Shown here: one piece after another, positions 1 through 9,298 of the stretch
Position numbering within the stretch: the stretch's first letter is position 1
Layout of the letters: every line of letters starts with the position of its first letter
Virus record (IMG/VR): IMGVR_UViG_3300012665_000215
Location: 1 to 30,155 of that record
Length of the DNA: 30,155 nucleotides
Origin: a virus
Lineage: Duplodnaviria; Caudoviricetes
Strand: one strand, 5' to 3'
The notes under the pieces: model-generated
Databases searched by the model: none
Told to the model about the DNA's origin: nothing
Seen by the model: the letters and a program-made list of their open reading frames with translations, nothing else
Translations under genes and position numbers: made by a program

Positions 1-55
1 AAGCCGCGGCGCTGGTAGTTAAATAAGTGCTATTGTCGTAGCTTATTGTCGTTCC
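1..55. repeat. Terminal direct repeat (identical to 30101-30155); circular-assembly overlap
   Basis: aagccgcggc...gttcc at 1-55 is identical to 30101-30155, and the tail fibre reading frame is continuous across the join. Confidence 0.97.
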
Positions 56-1183
56 ACTTGCCTTTACAAAACCTGTACCGTTTAATTGAGCTTGTGGTGT
101 ATAACCTAATACGGTTGCAATGCTTTTATTCTTCCATAAATCAGTTGAGGATTCATAAAATAAACCTTGATTATTAGCTTCTGAAGTTATCGAAACATCG
201 TGTAGCTCATAAAGCTCGTATCCGTTTTGAATATTAACTTCAATCTGTCCTTGAGTTGGATGCGCTCTAGTTACAACACCAATATAAACTAAATGATTAG
301 GAGCTAATTGCTTAGTTGTTGTATAAGTTCCAGCCGTTGTAGAAGAAAGATATAATTGATTCCCTTCTGTAAAAGCTGAAGTATCTAAGCCAGTTAAATC
401 TCCTACACAAACTACATAACCATTTGAGTTATTTGCGATGTTAGCTTGGCACATTCCAAACGTTTGAGCTGAAGTAGCATCGCCAGTCGCAATAGCTTTT
501 GAAACGGTTGGCTTATTGCCAGTCGCTCCGCTAATATAAACGATTGTGCCTTTTGTTAATGTTGCTCCTGTTGTATTGCGAACTTCACGAACTAAAGTGC
601 CAGCTTGTCCAGCGATAGGAAAAGTAATTAATGAGCCATCTCCCGCAATGTATTGAGTCGTGTCTCCTGTCGGGTCATCAAACTTTGCATTTAATGCATT
701 TTGTAAATCAGTTTGAGAGCTTAACGTTCCTGTTATTGCACCCCATACCGCAGTAGAATCGGCAATCTCAATATAAGTTGAGCCAGACCAACGATAGATT
801 TTATTATTATCTAATGTAATATATATCTTACCTGTTTCGCCTGTCGCTGGTAACGCTGCAAAATTAGCCACCTCAACTACATCATCAACGTATGAAGGCA
901 ATTCTGATGCAGGAACTTTGCCCCCAACTAAATTAGCCTTTAAAGCTAAAGCGTTATTTAAGTCAGTTTGGTTAGATAACGTTCCTGTTATTTGCCCCCA
1001 AGAAACACCAAAATTGCTTGTTAAAGAATTGATATTAATTTCGACAACCGTAGGAGTTACGTTTAATACTATATCCTCTCTATTGTCAATTATATTGACA
1101 TCAATAATTTCATCATTCGGTTGAGCCGTGATTTCAATTGTATTGGTAGTTTCGGTAACTATGATGTCTATAATATCTTCCAT
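1..1183 (-). CDS. Tail fibre, N-terminal part (continues across the junction into 30100..28131; ~1050 aa total)
   Basis: Missing from the ORF track. ATG at 1183 (MEDIIDIIVTETTNTIEITAQPND...) is open to base 1 and in frame with the 28131..30026 ORF. Contains WG(Q/A)ITGTLS(N/S)QTDL twice and a VPASELPSYVDDV...LPATGETGKIY motif typical of fibre N-termini. Confidence 0.9.
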   Translation of the reverse strand, partial: MEDIIDIIVTETTNTIEITAQPNDEIIDVNIIDNREDIVLNVTPTVVEININSLTSNFGVSWGQITGTLSNQTDLNNALALKANLVGGKVPASELPSYVDDVVEVANFAALPATGETGKIYITLDNNKIYRWSGSTYIEIADSTAVWGAITGTLSSQTDLQNALNAKFDDPTGDTTQYIAGDGSLITFPIAGQAGTLVREVRNTTGATLTKGTIVYISGATGNKPTVSKAIATGDATSAQTFGMCQANIANNSNGYVVCVGDLTGLDTSAFTEGNQLYLSSTTAGTYTTTKQLAPNHLVYIGVVTRAHPTQGQIEVNIQNGYELYELHDVSITSEANNQGLFYESSTDLWKNKSIATVLGYTPQAQLNGTGFVKASGTTISYDNSTYLTTSAAA

Positions 1184-1184
1184 T

Positions 1185-1523
1185 CTAGCGTGTTACTTCT
1201 GGTGTTACATTAAATCCTCCTTTTACGTATGTTTTTACTTCGCCACTAGCTAAAGTAAATTGTATGTCGTAAACGTAATTAAAAACTTCAATGTTAATAA
1301 TTTGAGCGTTAATTTTAAATAATCCGCTTGCTGCGTTTGTAATTGTGATACCAGCCGAAGCAGCAGAAGTAAGAGATAAAACTGCACTTACATCTTCGTA
1401 TTGTTTACGTAATTGCATTCTAATAGTTGCACCAGTTAGATTTATTGCCGTTCCGTTCTTTTTGACTTCAAAAGCTACTTCGTTAAATGTATCGCCTTTT
1501 GTATGCGTGAAATTAAGAGCCAT
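1185..1523 (-). CDS. Small beta-rich virion protein (BppU N-terminal-like, fibre attachment)
   Basis: KGDTF...INLTGATIRMQLR...YVYDIQFT...TYVKG pattern; lies immediately upstream of the fibre gene. Confidence 0.6.
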   Translation of the reverse strand: MALNFTHTKGDTFNEVAFEVKKNGTAINLTGATIRMQLRKQYEDVSAVLSLTSAASAGITITNAASGLFKINAQIINIEVFNYVYDIQFTLASGEVKTYVKGGFNVTPEVTR

Positions 1524-1593
1524 TTTCTATTTTGTTTAAATAAACCTTTAGTTTTTTAACGTTGGATTTTTTAGGCTTATAAGTACCAGCCAC
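1513..1593 (-). CDS. Possible basic micro-protein (26 aa, (M)AGTYKPKKSNVKKLKVYLNKIENGS)
   Basis: GTG-started ORF that fills the gap and overlaps both neighbours. Start codon uncertain. Confidence 0.3.
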   Translation of the reverse strand: MAGTYKPKKSNVKKLKVYLNKIENGS

Positions 1594-2077
1594 CGAAGTC
1601 CGACTTTTTATCGGGGAACATATCTGCATTGCTATTTGTGTTATATTCTGGAAATTGTGACTGATTAAAAGACATATAATCAATAAATCTACGAGTGTAG
1701 TGTTCAGCTATTGAGCGTTCTTTTTCTACCAAATAATCTACCTCATCTTTATCTACGTTTATGCTATTTTCGCTATTGTGTTTAAAAACACCTTTGTTAG
1801 CAATTGTATACGCTGCAAAAGGTAAAAACTCAACCATAGACCAATGAATAACCATAGGCTTAATATAAACGTTTAAAAGCATCGTATAAGGGCTTGTTAA
1901 ATTAGCCGCTACAATACCATCATTTATTTTATTAAATAGCTTCGTTCCTAGATAGCCTTGAATGTGCGTATCTTGAGCAACTTTAACCCATTGAATAAAT
2001 TTATCAACATCTAGATTACCACTAATTGCAGTAAATTTAACGATGTCATCACGACTTATAAATAATGCTTGTGCCAT
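1577..2077 (-). CDS. Head-tail adaptor/connector-like protein
   Basis: Helical 166-aa protein directly after the portal; N-terminal ALFISRDDIVKFT resembles adaptor proteins. Confidence 0.6.
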   Translation of the reverse strand: MAQALFISRDDIVKFTAISGNLDVDKFIQWVKVAQDTHIQGYLGTKLFNKINDGIVAANLTSPYTMLLNVYIKPMVIHWSMVEFLPFAAYTIANKGVFKHNSENSINVDKDEVDYLVEKERSIAEHYTRRFIDYMSFNQSQFPEYNTNSNADMFPDKKSDFGGWYL

Positions 2078-2080
2078 TTC

Positions 2081-3850
2081 TTATTTTGGTAAAAATCCTT
2101 TATTGGGCATATTAATTGGAGCAGTATAAACTAATCTGTTATCCTTTTTGTAGTCTTTGCCATCTTCTTTATCAAATGGAGTTGGTAAAATTTCTCCCTC
2201 ATTTCTAGCTTGTGCTGGTGTTATTTGTTCTGCACCTCTTCTACGTGGGTCTATAAAACGTTTATAAGTTTCACGAGTCCAATAATGGTGGCAAGCTCCG
2301 CCTCCTTTGTAAAGGAATATGTCGTATGTATTAGTTCCTCTCGGCCCCCATCCCGGATTAGTATTAGCCTTCTCGCTCATTTGCATAATATCTTCTTTGC
2401 GATATAGCTTATTTGCTTTAGTCATCTTTTTGCAAAACTCTCTAGAAACATCCGTAGTTTCTCCGCTATATCTGTAACGAGATGCGTAAAGTTTACCATC
2501 TTGAGAGCTTCCAATATTTGGTCTAGCTACTCCTGTTGTTACAAATTCCCATGCTTTAGATAACAAAGATTTTTCTGGGTTGTTTAAGGCATCTAGCTCT
2601 GCATCTAAGCGTTCTTCGTCTTCGTATGATACTGGTCTGCTATCTATTAATTCCCACTCGTTAGGGTCAAGCTCTTCGCCAAATTCTTCAAGCTCTAATT
2701 CATCTAAATGTGAAGATAATTTTACACCTGTTTCTTCTTCCATTGTAGCCGAATCCATTACTGGGTTTTGGTCAATAAATTCCAAAGGTTGTAAAGTCTT
2801 AAAGTAAAGATTTAAGCTAATTTGATTGTAAGCTAAAATTTTATCAATAGCATCTAAAACCGTACCTTGTTTAGGTCGGATAGTCATATTATCAAATAAA
2901 ATAGAAGCATTCTTTAATTCGTCCGCATTTGAGCTAAAGCCATTGCTAGAAGGAATACCAAAAAGCAAACCGCTAGTAATAGAATGACCTAAAAGAATTT
3001 TACCTCTAGCTTCTTCGCTTAAATATTGATAATGAGCTGGAGCATCGTTTAAAGGAACGTTATCAATTGTAGTTTTCTTAGTCTCATCGCTATTGAATGA
3101 AACAACAATCTTAGCACCGCTTGCGCCTGTTAATTTACGTTTAACATCCGCAGCTTGTAAAGACATTTTCTCTTCGTCTGGAACTCCGTTATTAAAGTTA
3201 ATAACTGAAGTAGGAGAGAATCCGTTTTGTACATCATTAATTAAATAGTCCGCAATTTCTTCTTCTAATTGAGTATAAGGCAAAGCACCGATATAATCTA
3301 CATTAGAATAGTATTTTTGTCCTACGCTATAATCACGAACACAAAGAATCTCTAGCGTTTTATCGCCATAACCAAAAGCCCCAATACGTTGAGGAACAAA
3401 CTTCTTAACATCGTTCCAGTTATCGGAATAATAATACCCAGTAATTTCGCCTTTCTCATTGCATTTTTCGGCTCTTATTAATTGCGCTGGTGCGTGTTCG
3501 ATTCTTACAATAGCATCCTTTGCCTTGTTATAAATTACTTGAAAATACCCTTGGCCTAAAAGCTTATAGTCCGTAATTACGCACTTTAATACCTCTGGTC
3601 TAAAAAGCATTTTCATTTGAGCGTACTCGTTTGGCTTCTTATTTGAATCGGTTGCATCTAAACCACGACCATAGATTAATTTAACAATAGAGTTAATAAC
3701 CGAATTGTTAGTAGTCGAATTATTATATCTATCAATTAAATACTGAAAATAGTCGTTATCGTCTCCAAACTCAACCCAGTTATCTCTTTTGGATTCTGTG
3801 CTTGTTGGTGGCTTATGAGATTCAAAATTAAAAACGTGAACGTTACTCAT
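2081..3850 (-). CDS. Portal protein with C-terminal extension
   Basis: WVEFGDDNDY...NGFSPTSVINFNNG...KLTGASGAK...GFSSNADEL portal-like core, followed by an acidic linker and a Cys/His domain (SREFC...KGGGACHHYW). Confidence 0.85.
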   Translation of the reverse strand: MSNVHVFNFESHKPPTSTESKRDNWVEFGDDNDYFQYLIDRYNNSTTNNSVINSIVKLIYGRGLDATDSNKKPNEYAQMKMLFRPEVLKCVITDYKLLGQGYFQVIYNKAKDAIVRIEHAPAQLIRAEKCNEKGEITGYYYSDNWNDVKKFVPQRIGAFGYGDKTLEILCVRDYSVGQKYYSNVDYIGALPYTQLEEEIADYLINDVQNGFSPTSVINFNNGVPDEEKMSLQAADVKRKLTGASGAKIVVSFNSDETKKTTIDNVPLNDAPAHYQYLSEEARGKILLGHSITSGLLFGIPSSNGFSSNADELKNASILFDNMTIRPKQGTVLDAIDKILAYNQISLNLYFKTLQPLEFIDQNPVMDSATMEEETGVKLSSHLDELELEEFGEELDPNEWELIDSRPVSYEDEERLDAELDALNNPEKSLLSKAWEFVTTGVARPNIGSSQDGKLYASRYRYSGETTDVSREFCKKMTKANKLYRKEDIMQMSEKANTNPGWGPRGTNTYDIFLYKGGGACHHYWTRETYKRFIDPRRRGAEQITPAQARNEGEILPTPFDKEDGKDYKKDNRLVYTAPINMPNKGFLPK

Positions 3851-4169
3851 AGAATATTATGTTTTGTTCGTTTTGTACGTATTCGTCTTTATTTACGCTA
3901 TACGTTCCGATTGTTTGATTAGTGCAAAAAACCTTATCACGATAAATTAATTCATCGTTTTGTTGAATTACCATCGTGTAAAAATGCCCTTCTTTTAAAG
4001 CTAAAATTTTTGAAAAAGTAAGGTAGTATGAAACTTGGGTACAAGTAATTGAATACTCGGTAGTAACGTTAGTTGTTTCGTTAGTCAAAAATAGCCTATT
4101 GCCCGCATTTCTACGAGTAGGTACAAATCGTACCGTTTGAGCCGTACCAATTTCTTTTAAAACTATCAT
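3843..4169 (-). CDS. Hypothetical virion protein
   Basis: 108-aa ORF overlapping the portal start and preceded by the late promoter motif. Confidence 0.7.
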   Translation of the reverse strand: MIVLKEIGTAQTVRFVPTRRNAGNRLFLTNETTNVTTEYSITCTQVSYYLTFSKILALKEGHFYTMVIQQNDELIYRDKVFCTNQTIGTYSVNKDEYVQNEQNIIFYE

Positions 4170-4174
4170 TATTG

Positions 4175-4205
4175 TATAAACGTTTTTTAATATGTTTTGT
4201 TTCTA
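4175..4205 (-). promoter_or_regulatory. Putative late (phage sigma) promoter
   Basis: TAGAAACAAAA-N12-CGTTTATA, 5 nt before the ATG at 4169. Motif shared by four intergenic sites. Confidence 0.7.
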
Positions 4206-4210
4206 AAACG

Positions 4211-4236
4211 AAAAAGGGTGGGACATCAGCCCACCC
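4211..4236 (-). terminator. Intrinsic terminator after the tail tube gene
   Basis: GGGTGGG-CTGATGT-CCCACCC followed by TTTTT. Confidence 0.85.
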
Positions 4237-4265
4237 AGTTTCAAACCTCAAACAACAAAAACTAA

Positions 4266-4790
4266 TTAAGTACCAGAAGTTACGGTAAAGCCCGCAGCAG
4301 TTAAGGTAGTAGTTAAGAAATTAGCTGGTACTGGCTCTTGTCCTGTAAGAACTAAAGTGTAACCGCTTAAATCTCCCATTGCTGCACCTGTAACGATAGT
4401 ACCGCCAGATACCTCCATACCGTGCTTAACACCGCAATAGAATAAGTTTCCATTGTTATCTTCTACGATAACTTGAGGACGGCCGTAAGACAAAAGCTTT
4501 ATTTGTCTATGGTCAACAATTGACAATTTTTTTAAAGTCAAGTTTATTGTTTGCTCAAAAAATGTAGTTCCGTTTTCACGGCTAGAGTTAATAGTTTGCT
4601 CGAAAGAACTATTACCCTTTAAGTCGTACTTAAATGCAATTGGAGTACCAGCTACCGCAGAGATAGCATCAGTATTTGTCGCATCATAAGTATAACCAGT
4701 AGCGTCACCCCAGTTAACAAAGTAAACGGCTTTTAATCCACCGTTACTCGTTTTGCAAGGCTCAATTCTCCCTAAAGAAATATCGCACAT
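4266..4790 (-). CDS. Major tail (tube) protein
   Basis: Start moved to ATG 4790 (MCDISLGRIEPCKTSNGGLKAVYF), because the track's upstream GTG lies inside a terminator. SRENGTTFFEQT and GDLSGYTL beta-sandwich pattern, directly after the capsid gene. Confidence 0.75.
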   Translation of the reverse strand: MCDISLGRIEPCKTSNGGLKAVYFVNWGDATGYTYDATNTDAISAVAGTPIAFKYDLKGNSSFEQTINSSRENGTTFFEQTINLTLKKLSIVDHRQIKLLSYGRPQVIVEDNNGNLFYCGVKHGMEVSGGTIVTGAAMGDLSGYTLVLTGQEPVPANFLTTTLTAAGFTVTSGT

Positions 4791-4811
4791 AATGATTAAT
4801 TTACAATGTTG

Positions 4812-4842
4812 AAAAATAAGCACCCCGAATTAACGAGGTGCT
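4812..4842 (-). terminator. Terminator/attenuating hairpin after the major capsid gene
   Basis: AGCACCTCG-TTAATT-CGGGGTGCT (one G-U pair) followed by TATTTTT. Confidence 0.75.
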
Positions 4843-4853
4843 ATTGAAGCTAA

Positions 4854-5807
4854 TTAGTTAGCCGAGTTAGTGATACCGTAAGTAACGATGTCTTGAACAA
4901 CTCCGTACTGAACACCAGCAGATAGACGCATAATTACGCGAACGTTCTGGCTGCCGTCGATGTCTGCTAAATCAATAACCTTAACCTCTGTGTGGTCTGA
5001 CAATAAAGAAGTACCGAAATACAAGTTATCTTTAGTAGTAGCGATTGCTTTGTTAGCACCCATTCCGTTTGCTACAAAGATTTTAACACCATCAAAAGAT
5101 AAAGACCCATTGTTATACCATTGAGTTCCTAAAGAGTTAGTACCGTTAGCACCTAAACCTGAAGCACCAAATCCACCAAGAGCACGAACGTAAGCGCGAG
5201 CCATGTTCTGAGAAACGTAAAGATATAAATCTTCGTTTCCATAAAGAGCAGCTGGGATAGCATCTACGATTTTACCCATTTCAGCAACTACGTTAGCAGC
5301 AGTTACAGTTGTTCCAGCAACTTCTTGAGCCGAAGGTAAAGAAGCATCGGCAGCTAATAAAGTAGCGAAACCATCAAACTCGCCAGCGTTAGCGTTAACA
5401 CCTGACCAGATGTTTGTCTCGTTCTTTGCAGCAACTTTAGCAGCTACGTGAGCAACTAAGAAATCTTGGAAAGAAGTAGGTAATACATCAAAAGAAGAAA
5501 AACCTTGTTGTGCAGAAAGGTAATCCGAGTGAAAATCTTTCTTGCAAAGTTGTAAATTAACTTGGAATTCTTCTGGAGTGATGATACGCTCAGTTAAAGT
5601 AACCGTAGAAGTAGCATCAAAATCACAAGTAGCGTTCTTTAAAATATCGTCTGTTGATAAACGCTTAATAACTTCTTTGTACTTAATGTTTGGTTTAATA
5701 GTGATACCACCAGCTTCGATAGTTGGAGCTGATAATAATGCAGCGGCGATAATTTGGTCTTTAAATTCCCCGCTGTAAGTTGTAGTGATACTTGTAGTAG
5801 TAGCCAT
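4854..5807 (-). CDS. Major capsid protein
   Basis: 317 aa; follows protease and scaffold; strongly biased high-expression codons; followed by a terminator. Confidence 0.85.
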   Translation of the reverse strand: MATTTSITTTYSGEFKDQIIAAALLSAPTIEAGGITIKPNIKYKEVIKRLSTDDILKNATCDFDATSTVTLTERIITPEEFQVNLQLCKKDFHSDYLSAQQGFSSFDVLPTSFQDFLVAHVAAKVAAKNETNIWSGVNANAGEFDGFATLLAADASLPSAQEVAGTTVTAANVVAEMGKIVDAIPAALYGNEDLYLYVSQNMARAYVRALGGFGASGLGANGTNSLGTQWYNNGSLSFDGVKIFVANGMGANKAIATTKDNLYFGTSLLSDHTEVKVIDLADIDGSQNVRVIMRLSAGVQYGVVQDIVTYGITNSAN

Positions 5808-5827
5808 TTTTTAAATTTGTTTGTTAA

Positions 5828-6430
5828 TTATTTTGAAAAGATTTTATTATATACTGAATCTTGAATTGAAGATACTTTGTTTTTTGAAATTTTAAATTGC
5901 TTTGCAGCTACTCCTGATTCTGGATTGTGAGCAATTGGCTCAGCACCTTCTTCGATAGAAGCCATTTCAACTTTTAAAGATTCGTTTTCCGCTTTTAAAG
6001 CTTGGTTTTCTTCTTTAATAGATGAGAACTCTTGGCGCAATTTCTCAATTTCAGCAAAGAACGTTTCCTTAGAAACTGATTCTACAATACGCTTTGCTTT
6101 AGGTGCTTCTTCAGCTAACTCAGGAGCTACAACCTCTTCTGGTGCAACTTCAACCTCAATTTCAACTTCTGCTTCAGCTTCCGCTTCTGCTTCTTTAATT
6201 TCAGCAATAATACCTTCAACGGCTACTACTAAAACCATTCCATCTTCTAGCATGTACTCGCCTACTGGCATAGGTACAACACCATCAGCCGTAACAATTC
6301 CCACAGAGAAATCAGGCGCAAACTCTTCAGCTTCGATAACGGTAATACCGTCTTCTAACTTCATTTGTGCAAGCTTTACTTCTAAGGAAAGAACGGCCTT
6401 AATCTTGTTTAATTTGTTCTTGTATTCCAT
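5828..6430 (-). CDS. Capsid scaffolding protein
   Basis: Very acidic and coiled-coil, with a PVGEYMLEDG motif; sits between protease and capsid. Confidence 0.7.
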   Translation of the reverse strand: MEYKNKLNKIKAVLSLEVKLAQMKLEDGITVIEAEEFAPDFSVGIVTADGVVPMPVGEYMLEDGMVLVVAVEGIIAEIKEAEAEAEAEVEIEVEVAPEEVVAPELAEEAPKAKRIVESVSKETFFAEIEKLRQEFSSIKEENQALKAENESLKVEMASIEEGAEPIAHNPESGVAAKQFKISKNKVSSIQDSVYNKIFSK

Positions 6431-6449
6431 TTTTTATTTATTTGATTAA

Positions 6450-6632
6450 TTAACTTACTCTTACAATAACTCTTGGCTGGTTTGTATTTACAACCGTAGA
6501 AGTAACCTGTGAAACCAAAGCCCCGATACCTTGATTAAGCAATTCCCCATTGCAACAATCTTTTGAATAAGTACCATTTTTACAAAGGCAACCACGAGAT
6601 GAATCTTGTGGACTATTATTTTTATTTGCCAT
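6450..6632 (-). CDS. Small Cys-rich protein
   Basis: RGCLCKNGTYSKDCCNG; overlaps the protease stop. Confidence 0.65.
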   Translation of the reverse strand: MANKNNSPQDSSRGCLCKNGTYSKDCCNGELLNQGIGALVSQVTSTVVNTNQPRVIVRVS

Positions 6633-7512
6633 CTTTAATAATTTGGATAATTTGATTAATTACTTTCTCTTCTTCTAAAGTCAAAAGATTTAATTCTTTT
6701 AGCTTATTTCTTGAATAGCTTAAAGCAGACTTACCGCCCCATAATAAATAACTAATATAACCGCAATCGTTTTGCGAATCTGCATTATCATAATACGTTT
6801 CCGCTCTTGATAAATACGAATACATACGCTTAATAGTTTCAACCGAAACTGGCTCTCCGTTGGCTAATTGTTGCGCTCTTACTTTACCAGTTTGAGTAGC
6901 ACATTTATTTCCGTTACGCTCGTTTAATTCAATACCCTTTTGAGCGTTGTTTTTAATATCGTTACCATAATCTGAATAAGATTCTAAAGCAACCTCTTGA
7001 GCCATTTCTAACTTATCAGCAAAATAACCTTCAATAGAAAAACCTTTGTATTTTCCTTCTTTAACTTCTTGCCAAACTTTATCGTCTTCTATTTTCATAG
7101 AAATCATCCAAGTGCCTTTTGGTAAATCAAAACCGTAGGCTTTAGACTTGTCCATTTCTGGGTTATCTATAATCCAAGATTCTACAACCGTTGCCCCATC
7201 AAATTTGGCCTTATGCTCTAAAGTAGCGTTAGACTGGTTTCCATTCTTTAAGAATAACTCGCTCGCTTGTTTAACGGTAGCTTCGCTAAAAAATACGTAA
7301 AACTCGTCTTCTTTATACTTTCTGTAAATTTGCTTATTAGGAATAAGAGCCGCACCCATTAGAATACGTTTCTCAGAATCTACTTCAGCAAATTGTACTT
7401 TATATTCTTTATTTAAAGCAATAAAATTTTCTTCGATAGCTGGAGAATCCACCAAGCTTACCGCATCAATTCCATCTAAATCCTTTTCGATTATTAATTC
7501 GACAATTCTCAT
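6622..7512 (-). CDS. Prohead protease (XkdF-like serine protease) with an extra C-terminal domain
   Basis: AVSLVDSPAIE...GAALIPNKQIYR...TLEH...KGFSIEG, followed by a KVRAQQLA...YLLWGG domain. Confidence 0.8.
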   Translation of the reverse strand: MRIVELIIEKDLDGIDAVSLVDSPAIEENFIALNKEYKVQFAEVDSEKRILMGAALIPNKQIYRKYKEDEFYVFFSEATVKQASELFLKNGNQSNATLEHKAKFDGATVVESWIIDNPEMDKSKAYGFDLPKGTWMISMKIEDDKVWQEVKEGKYKGFSIEGYFADKLEMAQEVALESYSDYGNDIKNNAQKGIELNERNGNKCATQTGKVRAQQLANGEPVSVETIKRMYSYLSRAETYYDNADSQNDCGYISYLLWGGKSALSYSRNKLKELNLLTLEEEKVINQIIQIIKDGK

Positions 7513-7516
7513 AGCC

Positions 7517-7546
7517 TATAAACGTTTATATTTTATTTTGTTATAT
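7517..7546 (-). promoter_or_regulatory. Putative late promoter
   Basis: ATATAACAAAA-N11-CGTTTATA, 4 nt before the ATG at 7512. Includes the perfect palindrome TATAAACGTTTATA (7517-7530). Confidence 0.65.
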
Positions 7547-7553
7547 TTTCAAA

Positions 7554-9161
7554 TTATCCTAGACTAGAAGTCTTAACTATATTTCTGTTAAGAGCTTGCT
7601 GGGTTGTTACATCGCTTGCAACTACATAGGCTTTTAAAGGCTTTTGTGATTGCGATAAATTAGCTATCTGATTAGCATTTGCTCCAGCAGTTCCGACTAC
7701 ATTAAAATTAGGTGCTTGTGGTGCGCCACCGCTAGGAACACCACCTCCACCGCCTCCACCATTTGGAGTTTGTACCGCTAGAATCTTTTGAACATTTGCA
7801 AGACCAGAAGCTACCGCAATACCCGCCGCAAGAGCCGCTCTAAAAGGAGCATCTGGAGTAGGTATTGCCATTTGTGAAGCATAAGCAGATTGTGCAGCTA
7901 AATAAGTTGAAATAGTGGTAGAAGCAATTGCAGCTGCTTTACCTTCATCTGTTGATTCTCCTAATAAGTTAGATGCCACAGCTAAAGCTTGCGCTCCAAG
8001 TTGTAATAATTCTTGTTTTGCTCTTGCCTCTAAATCAGCTATTTTTTTACGTTTATCGGATTGTTCTTGCTCATATTTTGTTCTAGCATCTTCGCCTTCT
8101 TGTCTAATTTTAAGTAAGTCATCCTCTTTCTTTTTTTCTATTTCAGCTTGCTTTATTGCACGCTGACTATTAAGTAAAGCTATTAAATTAGTTTTATCAG
8201 TTTCATTTTTGCTTATCGCATTAATTTCTTCAAGCCTTCTTTTATACCATAAATCAAGTTTTTTCTGCTCTGTGTTTGCCTCTAAATCTTCAAGCTCTGT
8301 ATTATATTGTTTTTCTAAATCTGCAATTTGTTTAAGGTAATTTTCATACTCGCCTTGAAATTCACGGAGCTTTAGAAGTTCTGCATCAATTATTTCATCT
8401 TTTTGTTTCTTCTCAACTTTTCTATTTACAACTCTTTCTTTAGAATTTGCCTTTTCAGTTTTAGTTTGCTCTTTAGTTCCTTCAGCAAATCTTTTATTAG
8501 TTGCCTCAAAATCTTTAACGGCTGCGCCCCAGCTTCCTGTTAATTGAGCGTATCCTTCTTTAATTGAATCAAAGTCTAAAGTGAAAATACCTTTTAAAAT
8601 ATTTCCAGCTCCGATACCTACATTTTTTAACAAAGTAAATAAAGCAAATATACCAGAATAGAAACCTCCGATACCCTTTGTAATATATGGTAAAGCCCTT
8701 AAAGCAAGGTCAATAAAAGCATCTAACAATGGCTCAAAAACCTTCATTATTCCACCTAGAATTTTCTCCAACCCAATAAATAATGGCTGGAGTTTCTTCA
8801 TAGCGGTTTCGGATTCAGTAAACGCAGCAACTAATCCGCCAACTGCAAGAACGATAAGCCCTATACCAGTTGCTTTTAAAGCAGAGCCAAAAGATTGCGT
8901 AGCTACCTTAGCTTTATTTAAAGCTCCACCAAGCATACCTACTGGGCCGCCCGCTGATTCTAAGGTATCTATCCAATCACTAGAAACGTTTTTAGCTGAC
9001 TTAATTTTATCTTCTAAGTCATCTATCTGGTTAAATAAATTCTTAAACTCTTCAGTACCTACGGCAGTATTCTTTAACTCTCTTTTTAAAGCTTTTAATT
9101 GAGCGATAGAGCCTTCGACATTATTGTTTACATTAATATCTACTTCTATTGACTTTGCCAT
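7554..9161 (-). CDS. Tape measure protein
   Basis: Helical Ala/Gly-rich hydrophobic segments (ATGIGLIVLAVGGLV), a long coiled coil, and a C-terminal KAYVVASDVT motif. Confidence 0.8.
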   Translation of the reverse strand: MAKSIEVDINVNNNVEGSIAQLKALKRELKNTAVGTEEFKNLFNQIDDLEDKIKSAKNVSSDWIDTLESAGGPVGMLGGALNKAKVATQSFGSALKATGIGLIVLAVGGLVAAFTESETAMKKLQPLFIGLEKILGGIMKVFEPLLDAFIDLALRALPYITKGIGGFYSGIFALFTLLKNVGIGAGNILKGIFTLDFDSIKEGYAQLTGSWGAAVKDFEATNKRFAEGTKEQTKTEKANSKERVVNRKVEKKQKDEIIDAELLKLREFQGEYENYLKQIADLEKQYNTELEDLEANTEQKKLDLWYKRRLEEINAISKNETDKTNLIALLNSQRAIKQAEIEKKKEDDLLKIRQEGEDARTKYEQEQSDKRKKIADLEARAKQELLQLGAQALAVASNLLGESTDEGKAAAIASTTISTYLAAQSAYASQMAIPTPDAPFRAALAAGIAVASGLANVQKILAVQTPNGGGGGGGVPSGGAPQAPNFNVVGTAGANANQIANLSQSQKPLKAYVVASDVTTQQALNRNIVKTSSLG

Positions 9162-9298
9162 TTGTAGTTGCGTTTAATTTGTTTAAGCCCTTTAATTAAT
9201 GTATTTGGTATTTCATATTTGCCTTTAGCAATTTCTATTACCTCGCTTTTGCTATAATGGTCTAAAGCTCCTAGCATTTGCATTATATTCTTTATCAT
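9146..9298 (-). CDS. Small hypothetical protein (50 aa, MIKNIMQMLGALDHYSKSEVIEIAKGKYEIP...)
   Basis: Not in the ORF track. ATGA overlap with the upstream stop; fills the gap. Confidence 0.7.
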   Translation of the reverse strand: MIKNIMQMLGALDHYSKSEVIEIAKGKYEIPNTLIKGLKQIKRNYKWQSQ

